The notes under the pieces are model-generated. The model did no database searches. It saw nothing but the letters and a program-made list of their open reading frames with translations, and had not been told where the DNA came from. Shown here piece after piece: positions 50,929 to 63,389 of a stretch of 64,000 nucleotides of DNA. The stretch covers positions 31,930,001 through 31,994,000 of the forward strand of contig NC_073400.1 of the NCBI RefSeq assembly GCF_028641065.1. The letters run 5' to 3'. The DNA is from Leucoraja erinacea. Lineage: Eukaryota. The position numbers were made by a program, and so were the translations under genes. Each line of letters begins with the position of its first letter. The first letter of the stretch is position 1.

Positions 50929-53588
50929 TACAATATTTACAATGCTGTTGCAGTAATCCAATCAACTTCATGCATTTTACACTCCCTTGGAGGTCTTCTG
51001 CAGAAATCTCATTCATTCTGTCAATTCTCATACATTTCTTATCTGCAACATTGATGTGGGGCCCACACTTACCGGCACCATTCAGAAGCTTGTCGTACTT
51101 CTGCACAGTACATCAGACTTGACCAAAATGGCCAAACAATACATGTCCTTTACTAAATTTTGGTGCTATTACTGCTCTGATTTAGCCAGGATTTACAGGT
51201 AGAGAGGGAGAGGGAGGAGGGTAGAGTGGGTGAGGGAGGGTTGAAAGGGGGCAAGAGAGGGAGTGCAGATGTGGCAACTACCCTCCCTACCCCCTCCTCT
51301 CCCTCAATCTCCCCCGTCCTTCCTCACCTCCCCAGGATCTTCCCCCTCTCTTTCTCCTCTCCCCCAATCCCTTCTCTCTCTCTCTCCCTCTCCTTTCCTA
51401 CCGCCGCAGCTGCTCCATATCTGCGAGGCCTCACCGCCAACGTGCCGACCCACCGTCGTGATGCCTCACCGCTGCCATCTCCATGCACGGAAATCATCAT
51501 CAAAACATGGGGGGGAAACAATTCCTTGGCGGCACACATGCATGCGGCACACACGCGAGGCTTTGGCCGTGGGCCCTGTGGACGGTAACATCGGGGGCTG
51601 ACTTGGTTGGTGACCGACTCCGAACTCCAGCAACAGCAGCTTCGTCAGCCCCGAATCGTGTGGCTTGAATCGGCCCGTTCGCGGGGCCTTTCATCGCCCG
51701 GCGGGGCTTCAACATCGGGAGCCTCGATCGCCTTGATGCAGCAATTTGATTTTAAGCCATGCTGGGCACTGAAAGGCCCCGCGAATGGGCCGATTCTGCC
51801 CATAGAAAGCGTCCGATAAAGTGCCGAATACAAAACATGGGCGGGGGGGAATCGTCCCCCCACCTCCCAAAGCATAGGGAGACCTGCCCCATGTCCCCCC
51901 CCCCCCCAGGATTTCCGCCCATGGCGGTCACGATGTCTCCTTCACCACTGCAGTCTCGACGCCTTTTTGATGGCCGCGAAAAACCCCATGTGGGGCGTAG
52001 AAGGCCGGATCGGATAAAGCGGAAAGTTAATTTCAATGAGGTCCTCCCCCTGACATCACTGGAAGCTGGTGGTCGACCACTCCCCCTTTGTGACATCACT
52101 CGAAGCGGGTTGAAGGTTTGCCGTTTAATAAGTTGGTTTTCACTATTTTTAAAACGCTATAACTTGTGAACTACAGCATGTAATGTGAAGTGGAGCAGTT
52201 TATTTTGTCAAAGGGGTTAATACGATTACTAATGCGTGAAAGCTTCTGCGCTAATGCGTGGCATTTTGATGAAGGTAGAAAGACACAGACAACACACACA
52301 CGTATACATATACACAAGATGAGACTTTTAACAATATAGAGATGAGAGGCATAGATAGGGAGATAACCGGAGCCAATTTCCCAAAGAATTTGGAGAGGGT
52401 GCAGGAGAGGAATCCCAGAATGATGCCTGGATTGGAGGTTGTTAGTTACAAGGCAGTGTGAGGGGGGGGGGGGGGGGGGGGGGAGAGAAGGGGGTAGGGA
52501 GGAAGAGGGGGGGGGAGTGGGGGAGGGGAGGAGGAGGGAGAGTGGGAGAGGAGGGGGAATAGAGGGAGAGGAAGGAGGGGTTGATCCGACAATGACATCA
52601 GAATGGGATCTCAGCTCCCAATCAACAGTGTTGAGATAAGTTCCAGCCAGTGCAATGAGAGATTCCTTACATTGTTGTAAGTAGAGGCAGGGAGTGGAGG
52701 AGAAGAAATGTTATTTAAACGTTGTGTTTAGTGGGGGAGTGCGAAAGGGGAGGCAGTGACTGAGGGTAGGGAAAAAGGAGAGGGAAGGAGAGGTGATGGA
52801 GGGAGTGGGGGAGGAGAGGGGAGAGAAGGAGGAGGGTAAAGACGAGGGGGAGGGAGTGTAAGAGACTCGTCTGTGCTGTTGTCGGGTATGGGTGAGTGGT
52901 GGAATATTACGTTGGGGGGACGGGTACATCGCAAAGGAATCTCATTTAGATTTCTTGGGAGGAGGCTTTTCATTGTGGGGGGTGGAATTGCTGAGAGGTT
53001 TCATTTACTCCTTATTTATAAAATAATTACGATTGTGGGGAGGGGTGGGTTGGGGGCGGGGGCTCCCCGTTTCATTGTGGGGGGGTGGAGTAAGAGAGAG
53101 GTTTCATTTCCAGAATTTTCCATGCTAGGGGATGGGGTGAGTATTGTGGGGTATGGGTGAGTGGTGGAATATTACGTTGGGGGAACGGGGCCCAACGGGT
53201 CCCACTTGGTCTAGTTATCATTATTTATTTAATGTTTCACGTTTACACCAATCTCTCCACCACCACGAACAAGCAGCACAAGACGCGACAAGACAGACAC
53301 CATTTTATGCAGATGCCGAGAAGTGTGATCAGCTCTGGCTGAACAACTAATCTTGTGTGTGGATTCGATAAGCAGAAGATTTAATGTCATAGTGTTATAC
53401 AGTCATAGAGTGATACAGCATGGAAACAGGCCCTTTGGCCCAACTTGCCCACATTGGACAACATGTCCCAGCTACAATATTCCCACCTGTCCGTGTTTGG
53501 TCCATATCCCTCCAAATCTGACCGATCCATGTTCCTGTCTAGCTGTTTCTTAAACGTCGGGATAGTTTCTGCCTCAACTGCGATGAGT

Positions 53589-53931
53589 TGACCAGAACGA
53601 GACGTGGTGGAGACACAAGCAGGATGTGTGGGGCGCCTGGTTGGCCGCTGGCAGCTGGGATGACGTTGTTCTTGTTAAACGTTAACGGCTGATGCAACGA
53701 CACGTTTGGCAGAGGGTGGAGAGGTCGCGGCTGACTCCGGCCAATGCTCCGTGGGAGGCAGTGATTGGTTGAATGTACGTGAGGGCAGACAATGAGGGGC
53801 AGGAGAAGCCGGGAGTCGGTATAAAAGGAGCGAGCGATGGCAGGAGATGAGAACAAGACCGACCCCGTCACCCTGTGTGGAGACTCCGGAGCTGGTAACC
53901 AACCCTGTGGATCCTTCAAGTGTCTGTGAGT
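53589..53931 (+). promoter_or_regulatory. V-gene promoter/exon 1, copy D
   Basis: Intact ERSE 53750-53768, TATA about 53820. Confidence 0.72.
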
Positions 53932-54475
53932 GATGGGGGTGGGATTGTCTCTGTTCACTGTTCCCCCAGTTCAGAAGCCTGATAGCAGAGGGGAAGAAGC
54001 TGTTCCTGAGTCTGGTGGTGCGCGCTTTCAAGCTTCTGTACCTTCTGCTAGACAGGACCAGGGAGAAGGAGGAATGACTGGGGTGGGACAAGTGATGGAG
54101 TCATAGAGTCACAGCGAGACCTTCGGCCCAACTTGCCCGCGCCCACCAACTTGTCCCCATCAATACTAGACCCACCTGCCTGCGTTTGGCCCTTACCCCT
54201 CTAATCCTGTCCTATCAATGTACCTGTCTAACTGTTTCTTAATCATTGTGATAGTATCTGCCTCAACTACCTCTTCCGGCAGCTCGTTCCAAACACCCTC
54301 CACCCTTTGTGTAAAAAAGTCACCCCTCAGTTTTCCATGAAATCTTTCCCCCCCCCCTCGCCTTAAACCGATGTCCTCTGGTTCTCGATTCCCCAACTCT
54401 GGGCGGGTTCAGGGAATGCCATCATGAATCCTACTGAGTTGCAATAAGGTGACCCATTATTTCACCCACAGGAAC

Positions 54476-55015
54476 ATGGGACTGCAGAGATGGATAGGAT
54501 TCATGGTCCTTGTGGAGATGGTGTGGCAAGTCTCCGCAACTGGAACAGGTCCGATCTCCAGAGAATGGGGAGAGGAAGCAAACTTGGCCGAGCGGAACGC
54601 ACGGGCGTATTTCAAAGTCACCAATGAACAGCTTCCAAGATGCACGGACGAGTCAGATTCTGATGCCATCAGTCATCACCTATCAACGATTAACAAGAAG
54701 GTGCTCGTTGCATCTCTGGGCGGTTCTGTTACGTTGCCATGTAATATATCCAACCTTAAAAATCATCACAGGTTTGTTGAATGGATAAAAGATGGTGTTG
54801 AAATTGCCCATTTCCATGAGAGAGCGTATGCACATTATACGGGATCTGATGTTCACTGGAAGTTCGTGCATCACGACGTCTATATGACTCAGGACGCCAC
54901 GTTGCTCCTGACAGGTGTAAAAGAGGAAGATACAGGGACGTATTCCTGTGTTTGGTCCGCGTATAGAGATAGACCGGTTTGTGAATTATTGATGCAGCTG
55001 ATGATCTCTCACTGA
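54476..55015 (+). CDS. secreted single V-set Ig domain protein, copy D (179 aa)
   Basis: Intact ORF; loops like copy C, DTGTYSC and C-terminus like copy B. Confidence 0.85.
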   Translation: MGLQRWIGFMVLVEMVWQVSATGTGPISREWGEEANLAERNARAYFKVTNEQLPRCTDESDSDAISHHLSTINKKVLVASLGGSVTLPCNISNLKNHHRFVEWIKDGVEIAHFHERAYAHYTGSDVHWKFVHHDVYMTQDATLLLTGVKEEDTGTYSCVWSAYRDRPVCELLMQLMISH

Positions 55016-58000
55016 TTCAGCAGGGCCAGTCCCAGGGTCAGTAGCAAAGTCTAGTTTAGTTTAGTTTAGTTTCGTTCAGAGGTACAACAGGGAAACAAGC
55101 CCTTCGGCCCACAGAGTCAATGGGGACCAGTGATCACCCCATATACTAGTTCTATCCCACACATTAGATACAATTTACACTGACCAATTAACCTACAAAC
55201 CTGCACGTCTCTGGGGTGTGGGACGAAACCGGAGCACCCGGATTCCAAAGAGGAAGGAAGATTCCAAGGGGAGTTAGGGGCGACCGTGGCAGACAAGGGA
55301 AGTCAGGGACACTATCAAAATAAAAGAGACCAGGTATAACGTTGCAAAGATGAGCGGAAAGCCAGGGGATTGGGTAACTCTTTTAAAGAGCAACAGAAGA
55401 TAACTAAAAAAGCAATACGGGGAGAAAAGATGAGGTATGAAGGTAAGATAGCCAAGAATAGAAAGGAGGATCATAAAAGCTTCTTTAGATATGTGAAAAA
55501 AATTAGTTCAGACTAAAATTGGACTTTTATAGACTAAAAACTTTGGATCCGTCTTCACTAAGGAGAACACAAACAATCTCCCTGATGAACTAGTGGCCAG
55601 AGGATCTGGGGACAATGGAGAGCCAGTGGATGTAGTGTACCTGGACTTGCAGGAAGTATTTGATAAGGTCCCACATAGGAGATTAGTGGGCAAATTTAGA
55701 GCACATGGTATTGGGGGAAGGGCCTGTTTCCATATTGTTTGACTCTGACACTAAGTAGGGAATAGTAAAGGTATAAAGATGAGCAGCATGGAAGGTGTGA
55801 GCGTGGATCGCATGCAGTGAGGAGAACTGACCTTGCTTGCACCGGTAAATGTACGTTTAATTTAAATAAACTTTCTTCTGCCTGCCCTGAAAACAGCCGG
55901 TGTGAGTGATTCTTTGTACGCCAGCATTGAGTTGGGTGTGAACTTTGTGCAACTTTTGCTCACTACGGGCAACATCGCCGGATTAAAGGGCCTGTCCCAC
56001 GAGCATGCGACTCCATGCGGCAAGCGCGACCTAACGTGGTCACTTGAGCCGTACGGCCTCGCGGGGCCGGTCCCACTTTGATCGCCGGAGCCGTATGGAG
56101 TTGTGTGGAGCTGGTCCCGACATCGCGCGGGGCTCTGAAAAACTGAATATGTTAGGATATGGAAACAGGTTCTTCGGCCCACCGAGTCTAACCCAACCAG
56201 TGATCACCCCTACACTAGTTCTAACCTACACACTAGGGACAATTTACTGAAGCCAATTAACCTACAAATCTACACGTCTTTGCAATCTGAAAGGAAACCA
56301 GAGCACCCGGAGGAAACCCACATGGTCACAGGGACAATGTACATACACTGTACAGACAGTGCCCGTAGTCACCATCGAACGGCCGAATGGCCTACTCCTG
56401 CACCTATTAGCTATGTTTCTATGTTTCTATGTTCAGCCTCGTGCAAGCAGAAACACTCCAAAAGGTCACGCTGTCCCAAGGACTCTTCCAGAAGATCGAT
56501 AAAGGACCTCGTGGGGGCTGCCTTTTATAAGTCCCCGAACCTTGAGGGGCCGAACTACATAGGGGTGGTCTCTTTACAATCCAATCAAACATATTAATTA
56601 CATCAGTATATTATAGACAGTTTCCCAGACCACTAACAGATCCCATACATTGTTTCAGGAGAAGCTTCTGGAAGATACTAACTTAACTTGAATAATGCAA
56701 CATTTACCCTGGAATTCAAACAAACCTGCCAGGGCTCAACACTTTAGCCAATCAACAAGCAGTAGGATAACTGCCTGGCACATTATATACAATATTTACA
56801 ATGATGTTACAGTAATCCAATCAACCATGCATTTACACTTCATTGGAGGTCATCTCCTTGCACGGAAATCGGCATCAAAACATGGGGGGGCACAATTCCA
56901 TGGCGGCACACATGCACACGCGTGCATGCGGCATACACGCGAGGATTCGGCCGTGGGCCCTGTGGACGGTAACATCGGGAACTGACTTGGTTGGTGACCG
57001 ACTCCGAACTCCAGCAACAGCAGCTTCGTCCGCCCCGAATCGTGGGGCTTGAATCGGCCCGTTCGCGGGGCCTTTCATCGCCCGGCGGTGGTTTCAACAT
57101 TGGTATTGATGTGGATAGAGAACTGGCTGGCCTCTTAATCTGAGGAAAGACATTCTTGCCATAGAGGGAGTACAGAGAAGGTTCACCAGACTGATTCCTG
57201 GGATGTCAGGACTTTATGGCATACTGAGTTGGATGATCAGTATAATCATATTAAATGGCAGTGCAGGCACGAAGGGCCGAATGGCCTACTCCTGCACCTA
57301 TTTTCTATGTTTCTATGGGAGCCTCGATCGCCTCGATGCTGCAGTTTGATTTTAAGCCGCTTGGGCGCTGAAAGGCCCCGCGAACGGGACGATTCTGCCC
57401 ATAGAAAGCGTCTGATAAAGTCCGGAACACAAAACATGGGCGGGGGGGGAATCGTCCCCCAGCTCCCAAAGCATAGGGGACATGCCCCCTGTCCCCCCCA
57501 GGATTTCCGCCCATGGCGGTCACGATATCTCCTTCACCGCCGCAGTCTCGACGCCTCTTTGATGGCCGCGAAAAACTCCATGTGGGGCGTAGAAGGCCGG
57601 GTCGGATAAAGCGGAAAGTTAATTTCAATGAGGTCCTCCCCCTGACATCACTGGAAGCTGGTGGTCGACCACTCCCCCTTTGTGACATCACTCAAAGCGT
57701 GTTGAAGGTTTGCCATTTAATAAGTTGGTTTTCACTATTTTTAAAACGCTATAACTTGTGAACTACAGCATGTAATGTGAAGTGGAGCAGTTTATTTTGT
57801 CAAAGCCGTTAATACGATTACTAATGTGCGGAGGAGGGGAGGAGGAGGGTGTAGACGAGGGGGAGGGAGTGTAAGAGACTCGCGTGCGCAGTTGTGGGGT
57901 ATGGGTGAGTGGTGGAATATTGCGTTGGGGGGACGGGTACATCGCAAAGGAATCTCATTTAGATTTCTTGGGAGGAGGTTTTTCATTGTGGGGGGTGGAA

Positions 58001-58601
58001 TTGCTGAGAGGTTTCATTTACTCCTTATTTACAAAATAATTCCGATTGTGGGGAGGGGTGGGTTGGGGGCGGGGGCTCCCCGTTTCATTGTGGGGGGGTG
58101 GAGTAAGAGAGAGGTTTCATTTCCAGAATTTTCCTTGTGGGAGGGTGGGGTGAGTATTGTGGGGTATGGGTGAGTGGTGGAATATTACGTTGGGGGAACG
58201 GGGCCCAACGGGTCCCACTTGGTCTAGTTATCATTATTTATTTAATGTTTCACGTTTACACCAATCTCTCCACCACCACGAACAAGCAGCACAAGACGCA
58301 ACAAGACAGACACCATTGTATGCAGATGCCGAGAAGTGTGATCAGCTCTGGCTGAACAACTAATCTTGTGTGTGGATTCGATAAGCAGAAGATTTAATGT
58401 CATAGTGTTATACAGTCATAGAGTGATACAGCATGGAAACAGGCCCTTCGGCCCAACTTGCCCACATTGGACAACATGTCCCAGCTACAATAGTCCCACC
58501 TGTCCGTGTTTGGTCCATATCCCTCCAAATCTGACCTATACCTGTTCCTGTCTAGCTGTTTCTTAAACGTCGGGATAGTTTCTGCCTCAACTGCGATGGG
58601 T

Positions 58602-59036
58602 TGACCAGAACGAGACGTGGTGGAGACACAAGCAGGATGTGTGGGGCGCCTGGTTGGCCGCTGGCAGCTGGGATGACGTTGTTCTTGTTAAACGTTAACG
58701 GCTGATGCAACGACACGTTTGGCAGAGGGTGGAGAGGTCGCGGCTGACTCCGGCCAATGCTCCGTGGGAGGCAGTGATTGGTTGAATGTACGTGAGGGCA
58801 GACAATGAGGGGCAGGAGAAGCCGGGAGTCGGTATAAAAGGAGCGAGCGATGGCAGGAGATGAGAACAAGACCGACCCCGTCACCCTGTGTGGAGACTCC
58901 GGAGCTGGTAACCAACCCTGTGGATCCTTCAAGTGTCTGTGAGTGATGGGGGTGGGATTGTCTCTGTTCACTGTTCCCCCAGTTCAGAAGCCTGATAGCA
59001 GAGGGGAAGAAGCTGTTCCTGAGTCTGGTGGTGCGC
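58602..59036 (+). promoter_or_regulatory. orphan V-gene promoter/exon 1 with truncated intron
   Basis: Intact ERSE 58763-58781 and TATA; intron is fused to Gypsy internal sequence at 59036/59037; no V exon follows in the window. Confidence 0.68.
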
Positions 59037-61190
59037 AATCAGGCTGATATTTCACTGAAGTCCGGAATAAATTTGCTCAAGTAGTTCACGATGCTAAGGA
59101 ATCTCTGCAGACTGAGCACGTGTGTGGGTGCTGGGAGCTTGTTGATGGCACTGCTTTTCGCCGGATCAGTTTTTAGGCCGTCCTTAGTGAACACATGACC
59201 TATGGATTTCACCTCACTTACCCTGCATTTGCATTTTTTTAGGGTTTAGCTTGAGGTTGATGGCCTTGGCGCGATGCAGGACCTTTGTCAGATTTGCATT
59301 GTGATGTTCAACAGTTCGTCCTGCAACGAGGATGTCATCCACTACAATGGAGCATGGGTAACCCGCAAACAACTGCTCCATAGCTTGTTGAAATACTTCA
59401 CTGGCAGAGCTTATGCCAAAAGGCATGCAAAGAAATTTGTAACGCCCGAACGGATTGCTAGGTGGTTAACTTAGAGGCGTTATGTTCCAGCGAAATCTGC
59501 CAGAATGAGCTCTTGGCATCTAGTACAGTGAATACAGTTGCCTCAGCCATCTGCACTGCAATCTTGTCCACAGTGTGCATGGGATAGTGAGGTCATTTAA
59601 TGCCTGTGTTTAAGTCCTTATGGTTGATACAAATCCGTATTTCGTATTTATTCTCCTTCGTTGCCACAACCATGGTGGAGACCCAATCCGAGGGGTCAGC
59701 GACGGGAGCAATCACACCTAGAGATACCATTCCGTTGAGTTCACTTTGAACACGGTCCCGCAATAGCATGGGGAATCTTGTGAGCTGGACGGACAACTGG
59801 GATTATCTCAGGGTTAATGGTAATTGTGTACTTAGCAGGCAGCCTGCCCAGCTTGTCGTCAAAAAAAGTTTTGTATTGTGTCAGGGTTTGTTGGCTAAAG
59901 TCACAGGTTGTAGTCACATGACAAACAGAAAGGCTGAAGGAGACAAGTCCCAGGTCGTGACAAGCGTTGGCACCCAGCAGAGACGGCACATGCTCACGAA
60001 CAACATAGAAACTCAGGTTGTGGACACGTGAGTTAAGACAGCAGCGTAACTCGACTTGACCGATAGGGTGCCCTGGACATCCTGCAAATGGGGGAAGGGA
60101 GGCAGTCGTAGGAGTGACGGTGTCTGTTTTTCGTAACTTTTTCAACACAGCTAGACAGATCACATTACATCTGGCCCCTGTGTCAACTTTCAGATAAAAG
60201 TTTTTGCCATTAATGAGCAAAGCGACCTTGGGGTCTAGTTGTTTGTGTATTGAGTCAGATGGGAATGCACATCACACTCAAAGCCTGCAAATCCGTGGGA
60301 GCTGGTTGAGAGCAAGTTCAACTGCAAGTTCTCATGGCCAAGTGAGTTAACAGATTGCCTTGTTTGAACTCTGTTGCTACGTGAGCGGCAGAATTTGATG
60401 AGATTATTCCTTTTGTTACAAAATCGACATAATTTTCCATACGCAGGGCAACGGTCACAAGCAGCAGCATGCGAACCCCCACAGTTAAAACAATTGTCTC
60501 ATGATAGAGTTATCGGGCACTTGAGGAGAACGGTGAGAGATTTGTTAAGACAAGGCACTGACATACATCTCCACAGGCTCACCGTGTCTCTGGCTTCGGG
60601 AAAAGAACAAATGCCTCTCCATGACCAAGTTAGTGCGTAACTCACATAACTGTTGGAATTAGCGTGGTAGGCAATCAGGGTCACGGATAGACTCAGCGGG
60701 AACAATCTGGACACCAGCCGGGTCAAACCTAGCCAGTTCATAATGAAATCTTCTGGCACATCAAGCAGCTTCTGTGCCTGCTAGATTAAGAAGAATTAAC
60801 GCTTGAACACCGGGAGCAGCAGTAGGGTGAGTTGCTTCAATGTAAAATGAGAAATCTTCTTCAAATATGCGCCACCTTTCTGCGAGATCTTCGTGGTGTT
60901 ACACAGGATCTCTGGGTTTTCTGAGAGCAGAAGCCACAGTAATATATACCGGAGGAAACAACAAACTAAAATAAAAACAAGGAGTGAGTCCGTCCACTCT
61001 GACACCATGTCGATCTTCTGCTATTGGAATAACTTAAGTCACACACAGTGATTAAGATCCAAAGACTTTATTAGCGTTACAGCATAGGTAACTTCATCTT
61101 AATATGTAACTCAAGACTGAGGGTGGAAGGGCTGAGAAGCTTTCTGTTAAACTAGTGGGCATAGCTACAAAGTATGACTCACAACATGAG
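59037..61190 (-). mobile_element. degenerate Ty3/Gypsy LTR retrotransposon (5' LTR, PBS, gag knuckle, protease, RT; 3' part missing)
   Basis: PBS TGGTGTCAGAGTGG 61007-60994 after an LTR ending CA; CFNCGGSH knuckle near 60480; LKVDTGA protease; PFGISSASEVFQ and VVDDILV RT motifs; outer LTR edge approximate. Confidence 0.85.
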
Positions 61191-61604
61191 TGACACAGGG
61201 AAAGAACCCAGCACAAAGTTTAATGATTAGATTTGGATAACAAAAGATGGCCTTGTCGGTGGCACCTACATCACGTTAAATCTTAGTGCAATTGCATTTT
61301 TTTAAAAAGTTTAAAATTACCTACACAGTTGGGCACTATGGGTGAGTGGTGGAATATTGCATTGGGGGAACAGGTTGCATTGGGGGAATAGGTGAGTGGT
61401 GGAATCTTACATTGGGGAACGTGTTGCGTTGGGGGACTAAGCCTCCCGCGGGGGCTATGGGTGAGTGGTGGATTATTGCATTGGGGGAAGGGGTTACGTT
61501 GGGGGAACGGGTGGGTGGTGGATTTGGGTTGTGTTGGGGGAATGGATGAGTGGTGGATTATTTTGTTGGGGGATGGGGTCCAACGGGTCCCACTTGATCT
61601 AGAC

Positions 61605-61975
61605 AACTATAAAATTCTTAAGGGATTGGACAGGCTATATGTTAGAAAAATGTTCCCAATGTTCGGGGAGCCCAGAACCAGGGGTCACAGTATAAGAATA
61701 AGAGGTAGCCCATTTAGGACTGGGATGAGGAAACAAAATTCACCCAGAGAGTTGTGAATCTGTGGAATTCTCTGCCACAGAAGGCAGTGGAGGCCAATTC
61801 ACTGGAAGTTTTCAAGAGAGTTAGATTTAGCTCTTAGGGATAAAATAATCAAAGGATATGGGGAGAAAGCAGGAACAGGGTACTGATTTAGGATGATCAG
61901 CCATGATCATATTGAATGGCGGTGCTAACTTGAAGAGCCGAATGGCCTCTACTCCTGCTATTTTCTATGTTTCCA
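61605..61975 (+). mobile_element. CR1 LINE 3' fragment
   Basis: YKILKGLDRL...RTRGHSIRIRG; tttctatg tail. Confidence 0.75.
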
Positions 61976-62542
61976 TCTCCCTTTGGATCCCATACGATCT
62001 AATATTTCAGAGCAGCCTACCATGCGGTACCTTGTCTCATCTCTTGCTGAAACTCACATATACATCATATGCAGCTATGCCATCATCAACCTTTTTGGTC
62101 ACATCTTTAAAAAAACTCATTCATATCTGTGAGACACTACCTCCTGTATACAAAACCATCTCTAATCAGCCCTTGTCCATCTAAACACATGTATAGATAT
62201 CCCTCAGAAAACTCTGTAGTAACTTTCTCACCACAAATGTTCTGCTCATGGGGTTCTACATTTGTTACCTTACACCATGCTCACTGGCCCAAGTGCTGCG
62301 GTGCAGCTGCTGTAGTGAAACCTGTGTGTGACGTGAGGACTAGGACTTAGATCTGACCAGATGCCCTGGACCTTGCTTCATCATTGGCTGAGATCACACC
62401 AGTCACAGCAACTCCACTTTTGTTCAGCTTCTAAACATTGGCCGGTGTGGGCAAGTCGGGCCGAAGGGCCTGTTTCCACACTGTATCACCCTATGACTCT
62501 AAAGATGGAAATGCCAATGACTAGAGAGCACAGTTTTAAGGT

Positions 62543-63389
62543 CCGGTGGGCGGCGCGACTCTCGTCAGCAGCGGCCTCTGCAGTCTGTCCGCGGTTTATT
62601 ATTTTTTGTCTGTGTTTTAATGTAGTTTTTGTTATTTTTTGTTGGGGTGTGTGTGTGGGGGGAAAAACTTTTTAAATCTCTCCCTGCACTGGAGACCCGA
62701 CCTTTTTTCGTCGGGTTTCCGTTGTCGTTGGGGCCGCAACGAGGAGCGGCCTCCAACAGGAAGAAGCCGGGGACTCTGGTGCTACGACTCACCGTCGCCG
62801 TCGCGGGGCTGGCCGAGTCCGGAGCGGGTGGAGCGGTGGAGGAGCGCTGCTGCTGCTGCTGCTGCTGCTACCGGAGAGTCGGAGGCTCCAACGGCAGGTC
62901 TGTGGACGGTGGCACCGGGAGCCCGCGGCTCCCTGGAGGGAGACCGCTTTTCAGGGCTCTCGCAACGGCGACTTCCCCCGTCCGAGTTGCGGGGTCGGAG
63001 AGCTCCTGGAGCGGGGCCTTTACAGCACCACCCCGCGAGGCTTGGAATGGCCGCGGGACTCTGCGAGCGCACGCCGGGGGCTCTAACACCAAGACCCGGT
63101 GTGCGACCTTGCACCACCCGGCGTGGCTTTAATGGCCGTGGGACAATCGCCATCGCCAGCCGGGGGCTTTGACTTTGACTCTGACATCGGGGGGGGGGGG
63201 AGAGTGCAGTGGAGAGATAAGTGTTTTTGGCCTTCCATCACAATGATGTGATGGATGTTTATGTAAATTATGTTGTGTTGTTGTGTCTTGGGTCTATTTG
63301 TTTGTAATGTATGGCTGCAGAAACGGCATTTCGTTTGGACCTCAAGGGGTCCAAATGACAATTAAATGTATCTTGTATCTTGTATCTTG
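62543..63389 (+). mobile_element. CpG-rich non-autonomous retroposon with (tatcttg)n tail, nested in a CR1 fragment
   Basis: TSD aaggt (62538-62542 and 63390-63394); internal (CTG)n near 62847; no credible ORF. Confidence 0.65.

Larger units (their letters stand above)
34040..54400 (+). repeat. about 20-kb direct duplicate of 2550-~22000 (segmental duplication or uncollapsed haplotype)
   Basis: Colinear and near-identical, starting caaactcgctaaacg at both 2550 and 34040; differs by scattered substitutions and a few TE insertions. Confidence 0.9.

Noticed and set aside
62629-63172. Overlapping GC-rich ORFs with poly-Cys or poly-Ala
   Set aside because: Inside a TSD-flanked retroposon; open frames are expected from GC content and (CTG)n.
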